Source: a virus
Reading direction: 5' to 3' (one strand)
IMG/VR virus record: IMGVR_UViG_3300044837_000112
Span: 14,972-78,971 of that record
Length of the DNA stretch: 64,000 nt
The notes under the pieces are model-generated. The model had not been told where the DNA came from. It saw nothing but the letters and a program-made list of their open reading frames with translations, and made no database searches. Position 1 is the first letter of the stretch. Each line of letters starts with the position of its first letter. Shown here piece after piece: positions 49,758-57,093 of the stretch. The position numbers and the translations under genes are program-made.

Positions 49758-50432
49758 ATGCCCGAAAATAACGATATGCGTTACACGCTTCACGTGCTCG
49801 GCGAGTTGAAGATCAAACTTCGCGGCGACTACGGCCGCGAATGGTCATCGATCTTGTATGTTTCACGTGAAACATGCACCTGCTGTGGGCCGAAGGCCGA
49901 CAACGAGGTAGCGCAAACGATCTGTTTGATGTGCGCCGAAACGTGGAACGCTGACCACAAGATCAAAACGAACAACGATACCTTCATGACCGCTATCGCG
50001 GTTCGCTCCATGATCAGCCGTAGCATCATCGAGAATGACCGACGTCGGACCGCCCCGCGTAACCAGGCGGATGTGCACATCGTGGCTGGTCCGGCCGGTC
50101 CGGATAGCAACCCGGTAGTCACGTGCGACTGTGGGCCGGGCGTCGCGGTCGGAATGACCGACGACTTCGGTCTGAAGGAGTTCCTGCTGACGGCCGATAG
50201 TGCGGCGCTCGATCCGACCAGTGAGCCAATGCAGGCTTACCGTGCGGCACGCGCCGAGGGCGCGTCGGCCGATATGGCTGGGGCCCGTGCCCTGCAGGTG
50301 TACCGGGCGATCCACTCGGCCGACGACGAGGCTCACATCGGTGACGATGGAGCCGAATCTATCGATGACATGCGCAAGGCGCTCAACGAGCGCAACCGTA
50401 TCGCCATCGAGACCGGTCCGTATCGCGCCTAG
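49758..50432 (+). CDS. Hypothetical Cys-rich protein (cassette 4)
   Basis: AGGAG RBS; CTCC...CLMC motif. Confidence 0.7.
   Translation: MPENNDMRYTLHVLGELKIKLRGDYGREWSSILYVSRETCTCCGPKADNEVAQTICLMCAETWNADHKIKTNNDTFMTAIAVRSMISRSIIENDRRRTAPRNQADVHIVAGPAGPDSNPVVTCDCGPGVAVGMTDDFGLKEFLLTADSAALDPTSEPMQAYRAARAEGASADMAGARALQVYRAIHSADDEAHIGDDGAESIDDMRKALNERNRIAIETGPYRA
49860..49873. promoter_or_regulatory. parS: parS site 4 (inside CDS, read as VSRET)
   Basis: ATGTTTCACGTGAAACAT 18-bp palindrome. Confidence 0.85.
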
Positions 50433-50575
50433 TCCCACCCTGCTAGACCGCTAGACCTAGCCCTACCTAGGCGCTCGGTGCCCTGATATGACTGACAATT
50501 CCATCCATTCTAATCATCTGTAGTGTGTACGGGCGTGGCCCTATCTCCACAAGATCAACAAAAGGCGGCTCGGAC

Positions 50576-50848
50576 ATGCTAGATCGTGAAGATTACTTGC
50601 AGTCGCAACAAGTGGACGACTGGCTCATGAGCCATGGCGCCCACTGGAACGACGGTCGTCAATCCACGTTCAATACGTGCTTTGCGGCCGACTGGAACGA
50701 CGCGCACGGCATTGTTTCACGTGAAACACTCGGTAACCCGATTGTGTTCACGCGGACGATGTTGCACGAGGGCCCCGGTCCGGACACCGAAACGCCCTGG
50801 TACGAGGCTAACCGTAGGCACGGCCACTTCGTGCAGGGTCACCTGTGA
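50576..50848 (+). CDS. Hypothetical protein (cassette 5)
   Basis: AAAAGGCGG before ATG 50576. Confidence 0.65.
   Translation: MLDREDYLQSQQVDDWLMSHGAHWNDGRQSTFNTCFAADWNDAHGIVSRETLGNPIVFTRTMLHEGPGPDTETPWYEANRRHGHFVQGHL
50714..50727. promoter_or_regulatory. parS: parS site 5 (inside CDS)
   Basis: TGTTTCACGTGAAACA. Confidence 0.85.
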
Positions 50849-51048
50849 ACGGGTCCAGCGGGTCGCCGGCAGGCGAGCTGGGTGCGTACCTACTTATCGG
50901 CATCGTTCTATGGCTCACCTACCGGCGCCGCGTCCGTCGTATCAAGATCGAAGCTGCCCGTATCGCTAGGGCTGCTGCGATCATGGAGGCAGCGGAAGTG
51001 TTCGACGGTACCGGCCCGCTAGTCGACCCCGACGAGGAGGCATCATGA
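50845..51048 (+). CDS. Small membrane protein (cassette 5)
   Basis: TM helix followed by Arg cluster; GTGA overlap. Confidence 0.6.
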   Translation: MNGSSGSPAGELGAYLLIGIVLWLTYRRRVRRIKIEAARIARAAAIMEAAEVFDGTGPLVDPDEEAS

Positions 51049-51599
51049 AGTGCGGTCACTGTCAGTCACGTGATGTGACGGTCAGTCACGTGCGGACATG
51101 CGCCAGCCCGACCCGTCAGCCCGTTGTACCGGCCCGTGAAGCCGTCTATAGCGGGTGTGGTGGGTCAGCTAGGGCCGTTACCATTCCAGCCCGCACGATG
51201 GCGCTGGTTGGCACTAGCGGGCCCTCGTGGGACACGGTCGGGGCAGCGGTTCGGACCGAGTCGCATGTTTCACGTGAAACATCGACGTACCCACACCTGG
51301 ACGAGCACGCGGGGATGTACCGCGATCCGCGTAACGGCTCGATCTACAAGGTACAAAAAGCGGTGCACGGGTCTGGCCATCTATACGCCAAGTCGCTAGT
51401 AGTGCACGGTCCGGGTAGTGCCGAGTTCCAGATGGCGCCCGGCATGGTCCGCAAGATCAAACTGGACTGGCGCATGACGGTGGACGAGGCTCGTACCTAC
51501 GGCGCGCTCTACGGTGTGTGTGTCCGATGTGGTCGCACGCTGACCGATGAGACATCGATCGCCGAGGGTATCGGCCCGATATGCGCTAGCAAGATTTAA
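51045..51599 (+). CDS. DUF6011-like Zn-binding protein
   Basis: CVRCGRTLTDETSIAEGIGPICA C-terminal motif; GAGGAGG RBS. Confidence 0.8.
   Translation: MKCGHCQSRDVTVSHVRTCASPTRQPVVPAREAVYSGCGGSARAVTIPARTMALVGTSGPSWDTVGAAVRTESHVSRETSTYPHLDEHAGMYRDPRNGSIYKVQKAVHGSGHLYAKSLVVHGPGSAEFQMAPGMVRKIKLDWRMTVDEARTYGALYGVCVRCGRTLTDETSIAEGIGPICASKI
51267..51280. promoter_or_regulatory. parS: parS site 6 (inside CDS)
   Basis: ATGTTTCACGTGAAACAT. Confidence 0.85.
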
Positions 51600-51687
51600 C
51601 CGAAAGTACTAGGTACTACCTGCACCCGTACGCACCACAGATGATTAGAATGGATGGATTAGTCAGCTGTCTAGAAAAGGCGGAAAC

Positions 51688-52185
51688 ATGAGACTACATC
51701 CTGTAAAAGATGGCGTCGCGGCCTTCGACCCGTCCGACCGTGCACCAGTCACAACGCGTGACCGGTACGGTCAGAAATTGGTAGACCGGCATGACGCCAA
51801 CGGTTTCTGCACGGGCGCAACGTCACCTATGACGGCCAGCGCGCCCGTGGAGCAGCCCGGTAGCGTGTCCGGTACGCCGAACGCCAGTACGCCAAACATC
51901 ATCGGAGTTACCTACGGGGAGACCGGTAGCGTGTACTACGATGCCGCCCAGGTGATCGAGGCTAATGGTCAGACCTATGGCCTGGTCATCCGAACGGTTG
52001 AGATGGGCGACAGGCCCCTGCCCGTTAGTCGTGTCAAGGTGACTAAACAGCCATCTGACGCGGACGAAGCGGTCAGGGCTGCGGTACGGGCAATGGGCTA
52101 TCACGGAAAGGTAACGAAGGGCATGCGCCAGGCGATCTTGGACATGCTCGCGCTAGAGGTACGGCACGTAGCCGATAACGGCTAG
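51688..52185 (+). CDS. Hypothetical protein
   Basis: AAAAGGCGG before ATG. Confidence 0.7.
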   Translation: MRLHPVKDGVAAFDPSDRAPVTTRDRYGQKLVDRHDANGFCTGATSPMTASAPVEQPGSVSGTPNASTPNIIGVTYGETGSVYYDAAQVIEANGQTYGLVIRTVEMGDRPLPVSRVKVTKQPSDADEAVRAAVRAMGYHGKVTKGMRQAILDMLALEVRHVADNG

Positions 52186-52748
52186 TTAGTGTGACGTAGG
52201 TCACATCGTGCCAATCGTGCGTGTCCTAGTAGACACTAGCGACGTTGTGCCGTAACGTGATCCATTCAACCAGCTACACCCGAACTTGCTAGCCAACACC
52301 GAGGCACGTCGTGCGGTGTCGCCTAGCGGGTACCCAGGGGTCCAGCCACATCGGGCCCGTACGCTCCCACCGTAGGGAGCCTGGGAACTAGCCCTATCAG
52401 TACGCACCCGCTAGTCATTCGTACCTCGTACGCGTGGCTGGGGGTCGGAGGTAGGGTGGCTAGGCTAGCCAGCTCGGCGGGTGCCCGTGCCCGACCGTCC
52501 GCTAGGCACGATCCACGGGCACCCGCTAGACACCCTAGATTCACGCGTGACGGCCTATCAGCGTCCGACCTAGTATCCGTACGGGTACGCGGTCACGGCC
52601 CTACAGGACGGCTAGCACGGTCTAGGGCCCGCTAGAAATTGTTCTGGCACCAGCCGTTACCTAGACGCCGGACACCCGTTGTAGCGGGCGTAGGCGAGCT
52701 AGTCGGGTGACGGTAGTTATCCGACGGAAACTGCAGCTACATCGGCTG

Positions 52749-52778
52749 TTGACACGCAACCCCTGCGTAAGCTACCGT
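52749..52778 (+). promoter_or_regulatory. SigmaA-type promoter
   Basis: TTGACA-18 bp-TACCGT, 55 nt upstream of ATG 52833. Confidence 0.7.
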
Positions 52779-52832
52779 CTGCTAGTCATCGAGCGCGGCG
52801 CCCAGCCGCCTGACTTACCCGAGGAGTGCACC

Positions 52833-53990
52833 ATGGCACAGCGTGACGCGGTTGACGAGACGGCCCCCGAGGCACCCGTCGATCCGAGTACTACCAGCGA
52901 GACCGTGGCCACCGAGGTCACCAGCACCGAGGCGCCCGTCGTCGAGGGTACCGAAGCCGTAAGCGCCGAGGGTACCGAGGCATCCGTCGTCGAGGGTACC
53001 GACGTCGCCGAGGCGACGGACCAGCAGCCCGAGCCGGAGAAGCCGAAGGTCATCACGGCCGACGAGGTCAAGAAGTTCGGCGAGTTCGTCACGGCCGACG
53101 AGGGTGCGATCAAGACCGCCGACAAGGCCAACGGAGCCCTGACCACCGAAGCGCTCACGGCGGTTACCGAGTTCTACGCGGAGCTGCCCAATACGACGGT
53201 CAAAAAGGCCGTCATCGCGTGGCTCGCCGAGCAGATGGTCGAAGCGCTGGCCGAGCGTATGGACGCCATCACGGCCCGATCCTTCAGCCTGATCAAGAAG
53301 GCGCTCGAGGGTGTCGTCACCCACAAGCAGACGGCCATCAAGGAGCCGGTCGACCTGAAGGCGGCCTTCATCGACGCCGCGACGGCCCTGTACCTGGGGC
53401 CGACGTTCCTGGTTCAGCCCGAGGGCCTGCCGGCCGACTGGCAGGTGCAGGTCCAGGCGCTCGGCCTGAAGCTGGCCGAGTCCGACGTTCCCGCGTACCT
53501 CGAGTACCTGGCCGCGAAGGCGACCTGGGACGCGCTGTCCGACGAGGACAAGGCCGCCACGGTGCAGGTCGAGGGTGCCAACGACATGGAGCTGGTCAAC
53601 CCGCAGCCGGTCGCGCCGCAGGTGTCGGCGATCGTGGTCCGTGCCGCGAACCTGGCGCGGGGCAACGTGACCCGTGCCGCGAAGGCGCCGAAGGCCGACG
53701 GTACCAAGGCGCCGCGTGCAGCGGCCGGAGGTCCGGCATACGACGGTCCGAAGCGGTCCATCACCAAGCACATCGCCGAGTTCATGGCCACGCAGCCCGC
53801 CGGTCACTTCGCCAAGATCTCCGAAATCCGGGCGTTCAAGTCGGAGGAGTACCCGGAGGGCAACGCCAGCCAGGGTGCGATCAGCGCGGCGCTGTTCAAC
53901 GCGGACGGCCCGAAGGATGTCAGCGCGAAGCTGCCCGGCATCGCGGCCGTCGAGGTTGAGGGTCGCAAGGGTGCCCGCAAGGCCGCCTGA
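52833..53990 (+). CDS. Ala/Glu-rich protein with C-terminal winged-helix-like domain
   Basis: GAGGAG RBS, extreme GC3 bias suggesting high expression; C-terminal domain paralogous to 54971..55369. Confidence 0.75.
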   Translation: MAQRDAVDETAPEAPVDPSTTSETVATEVTSTEAPVVEGTEAVSAEGTEASVVEGTDVAEATDQQPEPEKPKVITADEVKKFGEFVTADEGAIKTADKANGALTTEALTAVTEFYAELPNTTVKKAVIAWLAEQMVEALAERMDAITARSFSLIKKALEGVVTHKQTAIKEPVDLKAAFIDAATALYLGPTFLVQPEGLPADWQVQVQALGLKLAESDVPAYLEYLAAKATWDALSDEDKAATVQVEGANDMELVNPQPVAPQVSAIVVRAANLARGNVTRAAKAPKADGTKAPRAAAGGPAYDGPKRSITKHIAEFMATQPAGHFAKISEIRAFKSEEYPEGNASQGAISAALFNADGPKDVSAKLPGIAAVEVEGRKGARKAA

Positions 53991-54017
53991 TCTACCGCAC
54001 GGCACGATCACCCAGCC

Positions 54018-54060
54018 ACGCCGCGCGGCCCCTAGGATAGCCCTAGGAGCCGCGCAGCGT
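54018..54060 (+). terminator. Hairpin after 52833..53990
   Basis: ACGCCGCGCGGCCCCTAGG...CCTAGGAGCCGCGCAGCGT. Confidence 0.55.
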
Positions 54061-54211
54061 GGTGGGTGGCACTAGACCAGGGTATCGGTTCGTGAAATCG
54101 CCCAGCGCTAATCGTGGCGGGTAGAAGCTCCGTGTCGGTACCCTGATCTAGCGCCATCCAGCGAACGGTCGACCCATCATCGACCGGCTCAACCCCAAGG
54201 AGGTCTCACGC

Positions 54212-54556
54212 ATGACCCGTACCCGCAACCGTGCCGCGACCGTGGCAGCGCTCACCGTAGCGCTGGGCGGTCTAATCGGCGCTGGCCTAGCACTGGCTAC
54301 GGCGGGCGACGCCGCGCACGGCTCGATGCCGCCCGATGTGGCCCCCGCGCCCGTGGTCCAGTCGTACGATCCGACGTCGGGCCTGTCGGGCGACGGTCAG
54401 TCGTGCAACTACGGCTGGTCATCGGTCACCCAGCACGGGCGCCTAGTCGCGTGCATCGGGCAGGCCGTACCGATTCCCGTAGGGCCCGCTGGACGGGCTA
54501 ACGGGCCCGTGGTGGCGTTTTCCGACGTTGCCGGCAGGGGAGCCAACCGTGGCTAG
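54212..54556 (+). CDS. Secreted/membrane protein
   Basis: AAGGAGG RBS; signal peptide-like N-terminus. Confidence 0.7.
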   Translation: MTRTRNRAATVAALTVALGGLIGAGLALATAGDAAHGSMPPDVAPAPVVQSYDPTSGLSGDGQSCNYGWSSVTQHGRLVACIGQAVPIPVGPAGRANGPVVAFSDVAGRGANRG

Positions 54557-54974
54557 TCAACGCGCGCTGTTCGCATACGTCGGGGGCGCGTGGCGCTTCG
54601 AGGGCTTCATCACGGTTAGTCTGGCCGAGGGTGAGGCTATCCGTGAGAAGATCGAGGCGGAGAACGGACCGCGTACCTGCTTCATGGTCTGGACGCCGCG
54701 CATGCCTAGTCCTGACGCGCCTAGTCCCGACGCGGAGCGCCCTGGTCCGATGCTCACCGAGTCGACGTCCAAGGCCTGCTGCAAGACCTGGTTGGACAAG
54801 CCGCACGCGAAGACATGCCACTTCTACGAGGAGCGCCCTAGCGAGGCAGTATCCGCCGAGCTATGCGAAGCCATGGTGAAGCGGTCGGCTGGTGGCGTTG
54901 TCATGTGCCAGAAGGTGCTGCCTCCGAGTGGTATCTGCCTGAACGAAAAGATGCACATCGAGGAGGGGTCATGA
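54549..54974 (+). CDS. Hypothetical Cys/His-rich protein
   Basis: GGGAG RBS before GTG 54549. Confidence 0.6.
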   Translation: MASQRALFAYVGGAWRFEGFITVSLAEGEAIREKIEAENGPRTCFMVWTPRMPSPDAPSPDAERPGPMLTESTSKACCKTWLDKPHAKTCHFYEERPSEAVSAELCEAMVKRSAGGVVMCQKVLPPSGICLNEKMHIEEGS

Positions 54975-55369
54975 CTGATAGTCAAGGCCCGCTGACCGCC
55001 TTCGAGTTGGTCAAGCAGTCCTGGCTGATCCATCCTGACTGGACGGTCGAAGATCACGTCAGTTTCATGCAGTGGGAAGTCGTGTCTACGACGTACACCT
55101 TCGACCAGGTCAGTATGTGGCTCCACCAGCTGCGCAGGACGTCACCGATCGCCAAGCATATCCGTGAGTTCTTCGCGGATATGCCCGTCGGTAGTGGCGC
55201 TCCGATCGCCGAGATAGCGGCGTACCACTCGACCGTGTATCCCGAGGGATACGATGATGATGGCGCTATCCTGTCGTACCTGTACGGCACGCACCCTCGG
55301 CGCACGGGCACGCCCGGCATCGAGTACGCCAAGGTTGACGGGCGCAACGGTGCACGCAAGGTAAGTTAG
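54971..55369 (+). CDS. Hypothetical protein sharing a domain with the 52833 gene product
   Basis: GAGGAGG RBS; IAKHIREFF...YPEG...GAI...PGI...DGRNGARK. Confidence 0.7.
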   Translation: MTDSQGPLTAFELVKQSWLIHPDWTVEDHVSFMQWEVVSTTYTFDQVSMWLHQLRRTSPIAKHIREFFADMPVGSGAPIAEIAAYHSTVYPEGYDDDGAILSYLYGTHPRRTGTPGIEYAKVDGRNGARKVS

Positions 55370-55419
55370 TAGACCCCCAGGGTGTCAGTTGACTGGCATT
55401 GACTGACACCCTGGGACAT

Positions 55420-55492
55420 AGCGGGTTGGCGCAGTTGGTAGCGCGCTGGGCTCATATCCCAGAGGTCAGGGGTTCAAGTCCCCTACCCGCAA
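55420..55492 (+). tRNA. tRNA-fMet (CAT)
   Basis: Cloverleaf; 1:72 mismatch; GGG/CCC anticodon stem; loop CTCATAT; T-loop TTCAAGT; no encoded CCA. Confidence 0.88.
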
Positions 55493-55827
55493 CGATCGAT
55501 TACCAGGCCAGTCACTGCCAACGATGCGTGCAACGCGCCATCTTAGGAGCGGTGGGATCACCTGGCCTGGTAGTCGAGCCTAGTTAGTCGCCTACGCACT
55601 CTAGCGTGTGCGTAGACCCAAGATCAGTGCGGCGCGTTACCCGCCTTTCGCTGACGCGCTGATCTTGGGTCTACGGACGTTCTAGGGCCACGAGGCTAGT
55701 AGCGTTCAGGGTGTCCGGCCGTGGTTCCTCGTGGGACCAGGTGGAAGCCGAAAGGCCACGCTGTGGGGAGAAAACCACCACGGCTGGACACCACCCTTCA
55801 ATCCTGGAAGATGAGAAGGCGGGTAAA

Positions 55828-56100
55828 ATGCTTGTCGAAGTAGGAGAAAGGCAAAAGCTTTTCTTAGTCACAGTCAAGTTCGACTCCCGGCCGAAAGTGG
55901 CACCGGGTACGCCGAAGATGACTGGGCCGTGTCCGGCCACGCTCGAGGTCAACTGTACGGACGTAGAGGGCAAGCACCACACGGTGCTGGCCAGCCGTCC
56001 GCTCGGTACCACTATCGAAGAGGTGGCGGCCTCGTTCACGGACTTCCTGCACGTGACGCGCATCGAGGAGGTGCCTGGAGAATGGGAGCGCATGGTGTGA
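55828..56100 (+). CDS. Hypothetical protein
   Basis: AAGGCGG before ATG 55828; GPCP....CTD..G.HH motif. Confidence 0.65.
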   Translation: MLVEVGERQKLFLVTVKFDSRPKVAPGTPKMTGPCPATLEVNCTDVEGKHHTVLASRPLGTTIEEVAASFTDFLHVTRIEEVPGEWERMV

Positions 56101-56423
56101 GCGAGTACACCGTCGAAGCGCTGACGGGAGCCGGTATCTTGATCGAGGTCAAGCCCACCAGCCTGAAGCGCTGGGCCATCTTCCTTACCGATGCGCTGCG
56201 CGAGTGTGTGTTTTATGACATCGTCGACGAGTTCCAGATTGACAGCTACACGGATGACCACTTCCTGGCCGTTCGGCTGCCGAACGTGATCACGCCACCC
56301 GTTCTCGACGATAGTGTCGAGCTGGATGCGGCTCTGGAGCACGCTGGTGACCTGCTGGACATGACGGACAAGGAGCTGGAAGCGATTCCGGCCCCTGTCC
56401 TCGAGAAGCCTGGTCGGCCGTAA
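56097..56423 (+). CDS. Hypothetical protein
   Basis: GTGA overlap; GGGAG RBS. Confidence 0.6.
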   Translation: MSEYTVEALTGAGILIEVKPTSLKRWAIFLTDALRECVFYDIVDEFQIDSYTDDHFLAVRLPNVITPPVLDDSVELDAALEHAGDLLDMTDKELEAIPAPVLEKPGRP

Positions 56424-56593
56424 TGGCTGTCTCGCGATGCGCTGATTGTGGCGCTGAACGTGGCGACCACAAGGATTACTGTCCGAGTCGGTCGGTAGTC
56501 AAGGAGCTGGCCATCGAGGATGACAAGGTGGCTAAGGTATTCCTGAAGCGTCTGGGGATGCAGTTGCCGGTCGAAGGATCGGAGGGCCCGTAA
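56423..56593 (+). CDS. 56-aa Zn-finger-like protein (not in ORF track)
   Basis: MAVSRCADCGAERGDHKDYCP...; TAATG coupling at both ends. Confidence 0.6.
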   Translation: MAVSRCADCGAERGDHKDYCPSRSVVKELAIEDDKVAKVFLKRLGMQLPVEGSEGP

Positions 56594-56766
56594 TGGCTGC
56601 TCGCTACGTAGTTCGCGAGATCAACGGTCGCAGGCGAGGCGAGAAACGCTGGGTTCCTTACGACACGAAGTTGAAGATGTCGGTAGACGATGCGCACGTC
56701 CGAAAGTCAGACGCTAGCGAGGTCTGCAGGGAACTGAACAACAAAGAACAGACAGAGGGTCTCTAG
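56593..56766 (+). CDS. 57-aa hypothetical protein (not in ORF track)
   Basis: MAARYVVREINGRR...; GGAGG RBS, TAATG coupling. Confidence 0.6.
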   Translation: MAARYVVREINGRRRGEKRWVPYDTKLKMSVDDAHVRKSDASEVCRELNNKEQTEGL

Positions 56767-56849
56767 TGTCCAGAGGGTCCATCCTTCTCGACGAGAAGTC
56801 ATCTGGCAACTGATCGGCAACCCCGTCAGGGGTCAGTGGTAATAGGTTT

Positions 56850-56921
56850 TCTCCTTTCGTTCAATTGGCAGGACGCGGCGTTCTGGGCGCTGAGATTGGG
56901 GTTCGAGTCCCTGAGGGAGAG
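56850..56921 (+). tRNA. tRNA-Gln (CTG)
   Basis: Acceptor TCTCCTT/AGGGAGA, anticodon arm CGGCG-TTCTGGG-CGCTG, T-loop TTCGAGT, G73. Confidence 0.85.
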
Positions 56922-57023
56922 CAAGGTCTCATGGCACACGAGACCTTATCCTGGGTCATGCGTGGCCTTGGTGTTAAACTCGTTGCCCGTTCCCGCAAAG
57001 ACTCTGCAGAACCGGGAACGTCA

Positions 57024-57093
57024 CGTCCCGAGGCTCTTTGGCAGAGCGACCTGTTGCAACAGGAGGGTCTGGGTTCGAGTCCCAGCGGGACGA
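57024..57093 (+). tRNA. Atypical tRNA-like RNA, 6-nt anticodon loop (TGC/GCA ambiguous)
   Basis: Perfect acceptor CGTCCCG/CGGGACG, D stem GCTC/GAGC, T arm CTGGG-TTCGAGT-CCCAG; CCTG-TTGCAA-CAGG. Confidence 0.7.

Larger units (their letters stand above)
49680..50504. repeat. Cassette 4 bounded by 38-bp inverted repeat
   Basis: Arms 49680-49717 and 50467-50504, 4 mismatches (2 are G-U compatible). Confidence 0.9.
50500..51658. repeat. Cassette 5 bounded by 26-34-bp inverted repeat
   Basis: Arms 50500-50525 and 51633-51658, 1 mismatch, extendable to 50533/51625. Confidence 0.9.

Noticed and set aside
48179-51658. IS/MITE or integron attC interpretation of the cassette inverted repeats
   Set aside because: Arms differ between cassettes, and I saw no transposase, integrase, target-site duplications or RYYYAAC/GTTRRRY boxes.
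52815-54011. Long antisense or alternate-frame ORFs (e.g. 52815..54011 -, 35059..35982 +, 30205..31023 +, 93..824 -)
   Set aside because: Shadow ORFs caused by high GC3 bias of the real genes; no RBS or protein motifs.
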